NCBI GenBank assembly: GCA_043228905.1
Contig: JBHGNT010000015.1
Span: 18,538,001 to 18,602,000, forward strand
Direction of reading: 5' to 3'
DNA from: Azolla caroliniana
Lineage: Eukaryota; Plantae; Polypodiophyta
DNA length: 64,000 bases
Within the stretch, counting starts at the first letter, position 1. Each line of letters opens with the position of its first letter. Shown here one piece after another: positions 49,461 to 62,044 of the stretch. The notes beneath the pieces are model-generated. The model ran no database searches, was not told where the DNA came from, and saw nothing but the letters and a program-made list of their open reading frames with translations. The position numbers and the translations under genes are program-made.

Positions 49461-50428
49461 TGTCGTGAAGGATTTGCTTCACAATATAAAAATGAACTTA
49501 AATATTATATTCAGTAATATTTTAGAGACTAGAACCCATAACCTCACACACGAAGTGTGAAGTACACACCACTAGGTTAAGTTATTTGTTTTTAAGTTAT
49601 CGTAAAGGATATAAACTTAACATTGAGAGACTTGAGCCCACAACCTTATATGCCAACTAAAAAGCATATACCACTAGACTAAGTTATTGTTTTTAGACTA
49701 TATTTCCATGATTATACTTATCCCGTGCCTATTTTCATACATGAAAGCTCAAATGAGCGAGATGTCTATCATGCATCACATGTAATGCATGAATGCCAGA
49801 TGGCGATCATGCATCACATGCATGTCTTGTACCCTCACATGCATTATATGCATGGGGGCACCTATAAAAAGAGGGGAATCAACTAAGGAAGGGGCCAAGA
49901 GAAAGTTAGAGAAAAAATATGATCAAACAAACAAGTTAGCTCATTTGGGAAGAGGCTTGTGTTTCAAAGTTGGAGTCGAGGTTTCAAATCTACAATTCAG
50001 CAAAAGAAAAGTCGCATCTTGTGATCGACATTGTAACTTTGGTAAAATCTTGGGTTTTTAATATAATACATATTCTTATCATATTTTCTTACCTCTTCAA
50101 TCATACATTGTCTCTATCTCTCATCCTTGTTCGTCTCTCTCATACATTACTTTCAACTTTTATTCTTGCTATCGTGAATCTTTGTGGTAAAATCTTATAT
50201 TCTTAATATAAATCATGTTAATATCATATACTCTTGCTTCTTAAGTCATATATGGTCTTTGTCTCTAATCTACGCTCGTCTCTTTGTCACACAATACTTT
50301 TAACTCTTATTCTTCTTATCGTTAATCTTCCTAACATTTGTGCGCAAGCTTTATAAAAGTTTCTTCAACTCCCCTTAAACCTTAGTCCCTGAGACTTCGC
50401 TGCACGAACCACAACTACCCCGATGTCA
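49461..50428. mobile_element. Probable solo LTR (968 bp, possibly Gypsy type)
   Basis: TGTCG...TGTCA termini; apparent 4-bp TSD ACGT / ACAT; the Copia coding sequence resumes colinearly after removal. Confidence 0.65.
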
Positions 50429-51272
50429 ACATCTTCTGGATTAGATGTGCTATTTGAAGTAGAAGACGACATAGAATTTGCTCTATGTCTCATCACGAAC
50501 ATTCCGCCACGATCATCATAGTCGGAGTTGGTGGTGTAATTGGTGAGTTGTCAGCTAGTGGAAGCCGACTCGCGTATCTTCTTACAACACTCTTCTTCGT
50601 GGTGACTGATTTTTCTGCAATATCCGCATTTCGGCTGAGTTTTGTCGGCTCGAACCGGAATGGAAGCTGCCCCTTCTTCCGAAGGTTCCTCAATGGCTTC
50701 CGTCTTGATGCCAAAATTGCGAGTTATTTTCGTAAGTCGGGCTTCACCCACCTCATCCTTGGCCAAATCGACCTCTTCTTGCACAATCGTGTCCTCTTCC
50801 TCCGTCCGAGTGTGAGTAAAGCATGTGGCCTTCCGAGGCGTTGCTTCTTGTTCGAACATGGTTTTCTTCAACCAACAACATGGATTGAAGATCGAAGAAG
50901 GAGGGCGGATTCTCCCGTGCTAATACGGCGGTCCTCATTGCGCTGAACCGTGGTTCAAGGCCATCGAGGCATATTTGCACCATCTCGTCATCGTCCACAT
51001 TGACGCTTATCGAGCCGAGCGAGTCACAAAGCTCCTTGATCTTCAAGGTGTAGCTCGTGATGGACATATCCCTTTGTTGGATGTTGTTCAACTCTTGGCG
51101 GAGTTGAAGCTTTCTCACGGTTGTGTTGGCAGTAAAAATCTTTTGTAGATTCTCCCATGCTTCCTTCAGCGTCTCGGCTCCTTGAATGTAGACGAGCACG
51201 TGGTCATGAACACAAGTCACCAAGCAATACATCACTCGGCTTGCCGCTTGCTCCCATGTTGCGTTGTCGTGT

Positions 51273-54200
51273 TGTCGCGCTTGTGCATAGGAAACTAAGG
51301 CGGGACTGGGGGGGTCCTGAACTGAGGAGTGTGTGAAATGGAGAGAAAAGAGAACGGAAGCGATGGGTCGGCAAGCACTGGTTACCGGCAAGCACAACGC
51401 TCACCGGGCTTGATGAGAGTACAACTATGGGTGAATGAAAGACGGAGAAGAGCACTTGGTCGGTTATGAAGACAACAACAAATTAGAGAAGGCCACAGTT
51501 AGGCAAGAAGACAAGTACCCAAGACGAATCGATTGCGACTACTAAGCGATTACACTGTTTCAGAGATTACAACCGGCACGCCGGTGATCAACCAAACACA
51601 CGCACACACACACCAGAACTAAGATACGCAATGGAGCCTCTGCTGAAAGCACATGAGCTCTCCTTGCGAGTAGAGGCAACCAACCAGAAATCTTGCAGTG
51701 ATCACCACAAAAAGAAAAGTGCTCGGTCCCAAATCCGACAACACTTCCTCCTCCCCAAAACGCGATACCGTTTCCGCCTTCTCCCCTTCCTTTTATAGGC
51801 TGCTGGGGAGGGACTGTCAGATCCGGTTTACATCATCTTTATTCTCTGTCCCTTCGGGCAGAGATACACTTCGATTTCTTAGCTAATAAATATATTCTTC
51901 CTAGTATATTTACATCACACCGACCTACTCCTAGTCATGTGCAAAGTTATTAATGTACGCGTCCCCACGTAAAGGGGACGGTTCATGCGCTTTATCCCTT
52001 AAATCCTCTTTAGGCCGGTTTTCTTCATGACATCCACCCCCACCTAACCACGTATCCACCGGTATGTGCCAAGAGAGACAAATACCGAAGAAAATTAGCT
52101 TGTTTTCACCCGTCGATTTCCAGTTTGTCGTCCCCGTTGTCCGCACTTGTCGGGTCTGGCTCGTCTTCGTGCTGTTTCTTGAACGCCTTGACCCTCTTAC
52201 CGGCTACCGATACTACTATCCGTGTTCCGTCGAGCTCCACGAGGTGGTAGGTGTCGTTGTTGTTTGTGCTTGTTACGACGTAGGGCCCGAACCACCTTCT
52301 TGCGAACTTACGCGTTGCCTTGTGCTGATTGTTGAGGTTGTTGTCGTAAACCAGAACCCAGTCGCCTTCCTCGATCTTCTTCGGTCGTAGCCGTTGTGTC
52401 CGGTCGAACCGGCCTTTATTCTTCTCCCTTGCCGCGTGTAGCTTCGGCTTCACCCGGCCCACGTCCTCCGATCTTCACTCAAGCTGGCGAATCCGCGCCG
52501 CCAATAGCTCTTCCCGACTCATCTCGTCTCTCCAGTCCACTGTAGCCCATGAGGATATCGTTTGCTCCATCAGCATGACTGGCTTCTGCCCGTACATCAG
52601 CTCGACCGGCATGAACCCAGTTACCGAACTATGCGTAGTTCGGTCCGCCCACAACGTGTAAGGCAGGAGCCGCGACCAATTCCTGACTTGTCCCTCGCAA
52701 GCCCACACCAACGCCTTCATGATTGGCCTGTGCTTGCGCTCTACCTTCCCGTTTGCCTCCGGATTGTACGCCGTAGTGAGGGAAAGCTTGACCCCCAACC
52801 AGTCGAACAACTCTTCCGCCTCCCGCGCATCCAACTCTCCCCGATCGGCCACGATCTTCCCCACGCACCCGTACCGACATACCACCTCTTCAATTAGGAA
52901 CCGGCATATGTCCGAATTTGTCTTGTTTTGCAGCGCACGACCTTCTACTTGGTTCGTCAGGTCCTCCCGTGCAAGCACCAGGTAATGCATCTGCCCTAAC
53001 CCCATTGGCATCGTCACTAAGTCCACCATCCACTTGTAATGGACGGCCGACGGGTAGGTCGGGTGGAGCTCGTCTCGATGTCGGATCACGGAATGCATCT
53101 GGCAGCTTTCGCAAGTCATCACGAACTAATGCACGTTCCGGTACATCCCCGACCACCAATACTTCTCCTTTAGATTCTCGAATGTGGCCTACGTCCCGCG
53201 ATGTCCGGCCTAAGGGGTCTTGTGATACGCTAACAACAAGGCCCTCTGCTCTTCCTCCCTTGCCACCACACGAAGCGGAATACCGCCTCGCTTCTTTGGG
53301 TGCTTCCATATGTGTCGGTCCCGTAGGAAGAACCGGTACGCCTTCTTCCATATCCGGTTCACCTCGTTCCTCGTCCATGTTGCGTCTGGCGTCAACGTCC
53401 TCAAGAACCTACCGATCTAGAGCCATTCCCTATCGTACTCATCCTCGTCTAATTCATTAAGTGTCGGAGTGCGCCTGTCCCCCGCCGCTATGTGAGCCGA
53501 CTCGAAGATGTCTACGCCGACTTCTTCGTCTTCCGAAACAATGCCATCCTCGTTGGTAAACCGCGCCCTCAAAAGCATATCGGCCATGGTGTTGTCTTTT
53601 TTGGATATGTGCCGTATCTCCGGGTTCAGGGATTTAATGTACGCGATCCACCTAAGCATTGCCAAGTTCAGCGTCGCGCATCTGGAAACCATACCGAGGG
53701 TCGGTAGGCAGTTTGTCTTAATTACTACCTCCGTCCCGCTCAAATAGTCTTTGTCGGCCTTGACCGCCAAAACGATACCCCAAAGTTCTCATTTAACTTG
53801 GGCGTATCCTCGTTGTCACTCGCTCAGTACCTTCGCTCTGAACCGGATGGGGAACCTGGTGCTACTCTCGTCCTCCTGATTGATCACCCATTCGATCCCG
53901 GTTGGGCCTGTGTCTACGGTTACATAGATCGGGACCTCCTTGTCGTAAACCACTTTTTGGAGTGTCAGTGCCGTGGTAAGCGCTTCTTTCAATCTCCGGA
54001 ACAACTTCGTATGTTCCTCGTCCCATTTGAGCTTACGCCCTTTCTTTAGCAACCCGAAGAGTGGCTCTGTAACGTGTGCGTAATCGTGATGCGGGATCCA
54101 GTGTGATAGAACACACACGCGCCCAAGAACCTCTGAACCTCCATAATTGACTTGCAATCTTCCTTCATTTCGGAGATGGCTTCTACCTTCGTCAGAGATG

Positions 54201-55075
54201 GTTTCCAGCCGTAGGGCCTGCACAAGTGTTCGACAACTAGGATCTCCAACTGCCCAAAAGTTGATTTCTCCCCAAAGAAGGTGAGGTGCGCGCTCTCGAG
54301 CCTCTGCAGCACCTTCTCGCAATCGTGGATGTGGTCCGAAACGAATTTCCAGCATCCGTCCGGCCCAACCGATTCATCCTTATCTTCCACTGGACATCCT
54401 TTTATCGGGATGTCGTCCAAGAATGGCATGGTGATGTCCGGGATGCAATCCCTAAGCACCTTATTCATTGCGTTCACCATGTGCACCACCGAGTTGGTCC
54501 CTCCTTGCGGTAGGGTGCACATCCGCACTAGGCCGAGAGGAGTCCGCATTGTCGTAATATCCCTGTTCTCTACTGCTAGTTGGAATTGGTCGTACCCCGA
54601 GTACAGATCACCGACCAAATAGATGGACCTCCCAACGAAGGCCTCCGCGAACTCGTCAATGGTCAATCCGATACCTGCGTTTCGAATGGTCACCTTGTTG
54701 ACCGGCTGCAGGTCCTAAATGAAGCGCAACGTGTCGTTCTTCTTTGGCACGGTAAACCACCGATTTGAATACGGGGCACTCGACGACTCGAGGATGCCCA
54801 TATCTACCTTTTGCTTCAGCAGCTCCATCAACTTCGGGATGTGAGCTTTGGGTACCAGAATCGGCTTGAGGTTCCACAGCATATGCAGTACCGTAAAGAT
54901 AACCATTGGTTCCACGACCATCGGGTCCACACACCCGATCTCCTCCGGCGAGAATGCGAAGGCCTTCTCGTGCCTCCTGAGCATCCTCTGAAACCCCTCC
55001 TCCTCCGGGAGTAGAAAGCCACCCCCACCGATCTTGAGCTCCCGTAGCGTTGTCTCAGTGAACCAGTGCCCTTTG
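51273..55075 (-). mobile_element. Ty3/Gypsy retrotransposon 3' half (RT, RNase H, integrase, 3' LTR 51273-52032)
   Basis: Order RT-RH-INT: PYSNRWFTVPKK, DLYSGYDQF, LPQGGTNS, PFLDD, VDTGPTGI, ADRGEL, AYNPEANGKVER, WFGPY; PPT complement TCCACCCCCACC after LTR ...TCATGACA. Confidence 0.92.
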
Positions 55076-55979
55076 CCGGCCAGATCTGCACCCCTGTACC
55101 CTTCGAGTCGAATGACCATGTACGATTTATACCTGAGTACTCTCTTAGCGCAATCCAAATGAATATCCCAAGGTTGCTGGATGAATTGGCTAAATAGACC
55201 AACTGAATAGCTAAGGTCGGGTCGTGTGATGGTAAGAAAGATTAAGCTACCGACCAACTGACGATATTGAGTTGGCTCACACTTTTTTGTCCCTGAGTCG
55301 GCATCAAGCTTGAGGTTTCGATCGAGAGGGGGTTAACACAGGTTTGCACTCTGTCATCTTGAACTTGTATAGCAAGTTGAGGATGTAGTGTCGTTGGGAG
55401 ATCATATGATCCCGATTAGTGTCCAAATTACTTCTATGTCGAAGAAGTAATGGAGCTCTTGCATGTCTTTCATTTCGAATCTGCCGGACAGGAGTGATTT
55501 GGCCTTATCAATGACCAGATCACCATGTATAGGATGATGAAGATTGGGCTTTCGGAATCACTTCTTACGTAGAGGAATTGTCCGATTTCAATATTCGGAA
55601 GTCGATTTGGTGAAGATACTGAGTAATCTTCGAATACCAAGCATGCGGTGCTTGCTTGAGTCCATACAATGGCTTCTTGAGTCAGCAGACTACAATGGTC
55701 ATATGGTTGGTCAATTCGAAACTAGGTGGTTGAACCATGAACACCTCCTCTTCTAACTCGCCTTGAAGAAAGGTGTTTTTCACGTCCATTTGATGGAGGT
55801 GCCACCCTCTAGCAGTTGCGAGTGCAATGACTATTTGAACAATCATCATCTTTGCTACTGGGGGAAAAGGTCTCCTCGTAATCAACTCCGTATGTTTGAG
55901 CATATCCTTTTGCTATAAGTCGTGCTTTGTAACGATTTACTGAGCCATCAGCATTATATTTTACTTTGTAGATCCATAT

Positions 55980-56407
55980 TGTTAAGGATTAGGGAATTAA
56001 CTCCGGGTTAATTAGTACCTAATTATGTGATTAAGTTATGCGGAAGATTAAGTGATATGTGTGTGTGTGAGGAAGAGAGAGAGGAAGTTAACACTTATGA
56101 ACAACGAGACAAGATAGGGGGTGATTAACTATATTAAAAAGCATCATCAAATACAAAAATACCCACAATGAGGTATATATACATCTCATGTGCAGAGGTG
56201 CACATGCGTCAGTAGAATATAGGTACAAATGTGTAAGTCCTATATTAAATGAACATGGGAGTGGAGGATCTACAATGTATCCCACTCAAGTACAAAATCC
56301 TATTTAAGGCTCTAAGGTCAATACACTAACTAGATTTTATCTTGGTAACTACTAAGTTACGTGTGTTGACTAACTAACTAAATCGAGTTGAGCTTGATAT
56401 CTCAACA
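55980..56407 (-). mobile_element. Solo LTR (428 bp), terminus related to family B
   Basis: TG...GTTGAGCTTGATATCTCAACA, TSD CATAT (55975-55979 / 56408-56412). Confidence 0.9.
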
Positions 56408-57121
56408 CATATGCATCCGATCGCTTTCTTGTGTGGTGAGTGGGGGACGAGATCCCACATATTGTTCTTGCATAACACATGCATTTCCTTGTTCATGGCT
56501 TCGACCCATCGTGGATCCTTGGCCGGTTCGAAAAAAGTTTTTGATTCTCAAACTGTCACCACCTTCATCATAAAGGCATAATGATATGCCATGTAGTCAT
56601 CGTAGCCGAATCAACTAACCGGGTTCTTCTCTCGGGTGGAGCGACAGAGTTTCTTATTTGTGGTAGCTATGGTTTTCTTAACTCCATTCATTCGGATAAT
56701 TGGAGCATCAATGCCTTTGAACTCACTATTGAGTGAGTGAGTCGATTCCTTATCGTCTGGATCTTTGTATTACGACATTTTGGCCTTCCCTTTGTTCATC
56801 TTCGAACTCGGTTGAGATGTGCTTCGATCGCTTTGAGGCTCTTCAAGTCCACACAACTTGGTCGTATTTGGACTTTCTTTCAACATGTGCCTCAATTGAT
56901 TGTCCTCTTCTATTTCCTGGTTGGTCGAGTTTGGTTCGGGTGGAGTCGGCTCTAGTTCGTACCATGATGCCAATTCGTCAAAAAGAAAGTCCAGACTCAC
57001 TCGCACTTTTCAAGTAGATGGATTATAACACTTGTACCCTTTTTGTTCTAGTGAGTACCCTACGAGGATACATTTCTCCGACTTGGGATCGAGCTTCTAT
57101 CGCTTTTCACCGGGAATATGT

Positions 57122-57827
57122 TGTCAGGAACTGCGCGCTCCCGATGAACAACGCTCGACCACAACCAAGCTTAGAATCAAACACAGAAAAACGGGAATGA
57201 ATGCACGACACAATGAAGAGAAGAGTACATAGGATGTTAACGTGGAAAACCCAAACTAGGGAAAAAACCACGGCAACCCATAGACTGCAAATTATCACTA
57301 TGTAACAATAATTACAACAGAGAGCTCATGGGGGCAACGACCTCGTGCTCACGATCTTTACTACAGGCGGCGGTTACAACAGAGGCAACGACCTCTTCGT
57401 TTCTTTCTCTCTCTCACTCTCTGTACACTGTTGCGCTCTAATCTTGCGCCTACAAGAATGACAACAACATCCTCTAAGTTTGCCCTAAGTCATATTTATA
57501 CTAATATGACTTTTCGGCTATTTACAAATATAGCCCCAATGGACTCTCAGAAAACATATTTACGAATATGTCCCTGTGAGCACTTCACACCGGGCCTTCA
57601 CCATCCAACTCTTGCCGGGTACTCGTCATCCGGTTCTCACCGGGTCTTTCGTTGCCGGGTACTTGTCATCCGGTTCTCATCGGGTCTTCTGTTGCCGGGT
57701 ACTTGTCATCCAATTCTCACCGGGTCTTCCATAGCCGTGTACTCCACATCGGGTTTCGGCCTCGATCGAGTTTGCTCATCAGTACTGTTCTTTTCACTTC
57801 CCATCCGGAGGGACCTGTTTCCTAACA
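57122..57827 (-). mobile_element. Solo LTR, family A
   Basis: TGTCAGGAA...TTCCTAACA, TSD TATGT (57117-57121 / 57828-57832); ~38-bp internal repeats. Confidence 0.93.
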
Positions 57828-60099
57828 TATGTACATAAGCAATTGAGTCGAATATCCTGACATGGGTAAGTCCAGATTCTTTCCGAAGAACTTCTCGTGG
57901 GGTGTGACATCATGCAATCCCAATGTTGCGCACCGATTCATGAGGTAGATGGTTGTGTTAGCCACTTCTGCCCAATACGACTTTGACGAGTTATTCTCAT
58001 TCATCATTGCCCTTGCCACATCCAATATGTGCCGATTTTTCCTTTCAATTACCTCGTTCTGTTGAGGTGTGTGTCGATAGGAAAACTCTCACTGAATTCC
58101 TTCTTATCGAAGGAATGCTATGAAGGCATCGGAGAAGTACTCCTTGCCTCCATCCGATTGAAGGTATCGTACATGTCGACAGGTTGCCTTTTCGACTTCA
58201 TTTTTAAACTTCTGGAAGTGTCCGAACACTTCTCTCTTTCGTGACATTGGGTAAATGCACGTGTGCTTGGAGAAGTTGATGAACGTCACGTAATATTGGC
58301 ATCTGCCGAATGTAGCCGTCTAAGCTGGCCCCCAGACATCTGAATGTATTACATCTAGGATCTCGTTCCTTACGTTCCTCTCCTTTGGGAATGGTTGTCG
58401 ATGTTGCTTGCCGAATTGGTAAGCTTCGCACACTCTGACAATCTCCTTCTCTGTAAAATTCGGGAGTTCGATGACAACTCCTTTCAACTGCATGCCCTTG
58501 AGCTTCTAGAGATTGATGTCGCCAATTCTTTTGTGCCACAATTCCATATCAGTGTCGACTTTGAGGCCTTTCGCAAACATAGCTGACTTCACCTCATTTG
58601 AAACAAGGATGAACATTCGACCTTCTCTTCAACCTCGAGCAACAAGTTGACCATCTTTTTCAATAAAGCACCCTTCATGATTAAACTGTACTTGCATGCC
58701 TTGTTCTACCATATGTCTGATCGAGACCAGATTTTTCGTGATGGTCGAGACATGTAAGATGTTCTTGATGTAGGTTTGTTTGCCATCATTCTCGAATAGG
58801 ACATTTCCGACATGATGAATGGGGTGAATTGTGGCGTCCCCAATTTCAACGTAGTCGGGTCGATCGGGCTTTCGCAACTCTTGGAACCAATCTTCATGAG
58901 ATGCCATGTGATTGGATGCTCTAGAGTCGACAAACCGTACATTGGCAAAAACAGAGGTGTTGGTCGGACTCTATGCCAACATTGAGTGTGTTGTATGCCT
59001 CATTACGAACATTTCGCCATGATCGTCATAGTCAAGATTCGTGGCATAGTTCGTGAGTTGTCAGCTAGTCAAAGCCAACTCTTGTTTCTTCTTTCGGCAC
59101 TCCTCTTCGTAGTGGCCGAGTTTTCCATAGTACCCGCATTCGATGGGGCTATTTTGGCGACTTGGTCCGGGAGGATGGATCCCCCTTCTGTCGAACTCCC
59201 TTGGTGTGTTTCTAGCCTCTTGCCAATGGTGGGAGTTGTGTTCTCGGGTCAACTGACCATGTCGGCCTCGTGTGAATCGGCCTCAGTTTCCTCGGTTGAA
59301 TCCTCTTCCCTCGTCCGACTGGGAGTAGATCATATGACCGTCTACCACATTCCTCCTTGATGAGATGTGATTTTCTTCAACCAACAATATTGACTGAAGG
59401 TCGAAAAATGAGGGACGATTCTCCCTTGCAAGGATGGCCGATTTGATTGTGCCGAATCATGGTGCTAAGGCACTGAGGCATATCTGGATCATTTCGTCGT
59501 CGTCGATGTTGGTGTTGATCGATCAAAGGACGTCACAAAACTCCTAAGTTGATCTTCCAGGCGTGGTTGGTGACCGACATATCCCTTTGCTGAATATTGT
59601 TCAACTCCTGACGGAGTTGAAGCTTGTGTGCGACCGTATTGCCTGTGAAAGTCTTCTTGAGATTGCCCAGGCTTCTTTCGACGTTTTCGCCTCTCGAATG
59701 TAGCCAAGCATGTGATCATGAAGTTATATTAACACAAGATAGAAAATACATCCAACAGTAACTTAGTTACAAAAGGGTTGGTATCAATACCAACTAACTT
59801 AGGGCAACTACCCTTTCTACTATTTACAAAACTAACATGAACCTAGAGTTTTCATTGTTAGTGTGAAAGTCATTACATTGGGGAAGTTTAGTTTGATTCT
59901 CAACAGTTGACAAACAAGTTGGCTTTTGTCCGAATCGGCAACATCTGGGAACAAAAGGCCGGAAGAGCTGAAGCCAAATCAAATAGTTCAAAAAGGGAAT
60001 CCTAATCGGAGAGCTTGAAGTCGAGTTAGCTATGCCGATTGATTGTTTGAAGCCATCCTGAATATCTGACTCAATCAGACTGATTCTTCATTATGCCCA

Positions 60100-60350
60100 C
60101 TTGGTGCCAAAGGGATTAGAATCGATCCGTTAGAAGACACTTGATCATCCCATCGACAACATTATTGGTTGTGGGTATTTTCTCAAGGCTGATTTTCCTT
60201 GAAATGACGAAGTCTTGAACAAAGTGATATCTTACATCGATGTGTTTCGATGTGTTGTGTTGGACCATATTTTTCAATAAAGTGACGATGCCTTAACTTT
60301 CGCTATAGACAACTGGAGCCGAATTGGAGTTGGCTTGTCAAAACGTCCGT
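60100..60350 (-). pseudogene. Copia RNase H C-terminal relic
   Basis: HNTSKHIDVRYHFVQDFVISRKISLEKIPTTNNVVDG. Confidence 0.75.
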
Positions 60351-60409
60351 GCCAGAATAGAAACCTCTTAACTTTGTCCATTCCAACATATGCAAGCCAA
60401 TGCCATATT

Positions 60410-60740
60410 AATGTCTTGGTGGTGGCTCATACTTCATCGTGTTTATCAATGATGCTACCCATAAGGTATGGGTCTGTCTTATGAGGACCAAAGACAAAGT
60501 CTTTGCCATCTTCCAATAATGGCTTGCAATGGTCAAGAATCAGACAGATCAAACTCTCAAATGCCAACAATGAGAGTACAAGTTTGATGCATTCAACTCA
60601 CATTGCAAACAAAGAGGTATTCAACATGAATTCATGACACCCTATAAGACGAAGCAAAATAACATTGTTAATGGATGAACCAAACAATTCAAGAGAGAAT
60701 TGTTGCCATGATGAATCAAACTTATGCTCCAATGCTATAT
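60410..60740 (+). pseudogene. Copia integrase relic (opposite orientation)
   Basis: GGSYFIVFINDATHKVWVCLMRTKDKVFAIFQ*WLAMVKNQTDQTLKC. Confidence 0.72.
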
Positions 60741-62044
60741 ACTTGATCGTGGAGCCTTTCACATGCGTTGGTGCTCCACACATGCTCATGGGCTCTTTCG
60801 CATCAAAAAGTTGCATTGGGACATTGTTTTTCAAATCTAAGTGCTTCATACTTGATCTCGTGGCCTTTCATGTCACAATTTGGTCTCTCCTTTTTAGTGC
60901 TTAGATAGTTTTGAGTCTTTTCCACAATTTGAGATGAACACCCTTACATGATAAATCTCAATATATTTTCTCTCATTATGGCAGTGTAGTCAAAACTATC
61001 TCGACACTAGGTAAATCTCCATGCAATTTCTCTCTTTAACGTGCTTTCATCTTGATAGCCTCTAGCACTAGTTGAATCCTCATGCAATTTCTACCTTTGA
61101 ATCTGCCAATCTAATTTAGTCTCAAAATTGGAGATAACAAGAGTAATTTTGGGTTCCTACAATAAAAAACATGTAACACGATGTTTTCTCACAAGCATAA
61201 CGATGAATTAACCCTTAGAAACTAATTAGAGGGACTGAAAATTAGTAGAGAGACCAATAAACTTGAAATACCAATAACACCTATAAAAATCATGTCAACT
61301 TCGTGAAGAGAGCTTGATTATAATAGGGGGCCGAAAAGATTATATTGAGATATAACCTTAGTCCTACAACATTACATATAATATTACTTTAGAGATTAAG
61401 CTTAAAAAAACAATAGATTATGGATTCACACTTATTAACTGACCAGAAAAAAGGCGCCAAAAGAGAAGAGTAAAAGGTTACATGCATTGGCCACCTAGAT
61501 TGAGCACGAAAATTCACCAGGAAAATATCACCATGTCGTCAAACTCGAACACACATGTCACTAACCAAGAAGTATAAATGGAATAACCAACAACCAAGAG
61601 CCAACAATTCCCAATACAAAAATCCATTTTAATTTACATCAGCATATCTCTCGCGTGAAATCTCAAGTGTCGGTCGATAACACAGTTGCAAATGCATCGA
61701 TGACAGGTGAGCATGAATCTAGGCAAGGAAAGATGGGCGAGTAGATTTAGGCTAACCTAGGTATAAGCTAAAAGAACATGTGAGGACTCAAAAGTCAAAC
61801 CTAGAAAAAGACCTCGTCCGGTGGTTTGGATCAGTGTGTCATGGCTAAAGATCCTTACTTAGCATTTCATGTTCTCAACAACACAGGGATGTGTTTATAT
61901 TGTCATAGCATCAACAAAGGTCAAACGAAACAAGAGAAGAGTAAAAGGTTACATTATTGTATGTCCGCCCCCATCTTTGAGCCATAGATGTATGCGAGAA
62001 GGCACTCGCTTGGACTACGTATGTGCCCGCATTGCATCCGTACA

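Larger units (their letters stand above)
45345..51272 (-). mobile_element. Copia (family B) lacking its 5' end; 3' LTR 45345-45793; degenerate gag-pol including RNase H
   Basis: LTR TGTAAAGAAT...GATTCTCAACA then PPT; RT ORF 46595-47413 (LYVDDL); INT 47937-48635; gag 50430-51270. Confidence 0.9.
45186..59905 (-). mobile_element. Copia (family B-related) host element of the nest: partial LTRs 45186-45344 and ~59719-59905, internal region ~55075-59718
   Basis: TGTAAAG... and ...GATTCTCAACA ends; TSD GTTGT / GTTGA; both LTR fragments share GAAG(C/T)TATATTAAC; gag, PR, INT and RT relics at 55075-59718. Confidence 0.72.
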
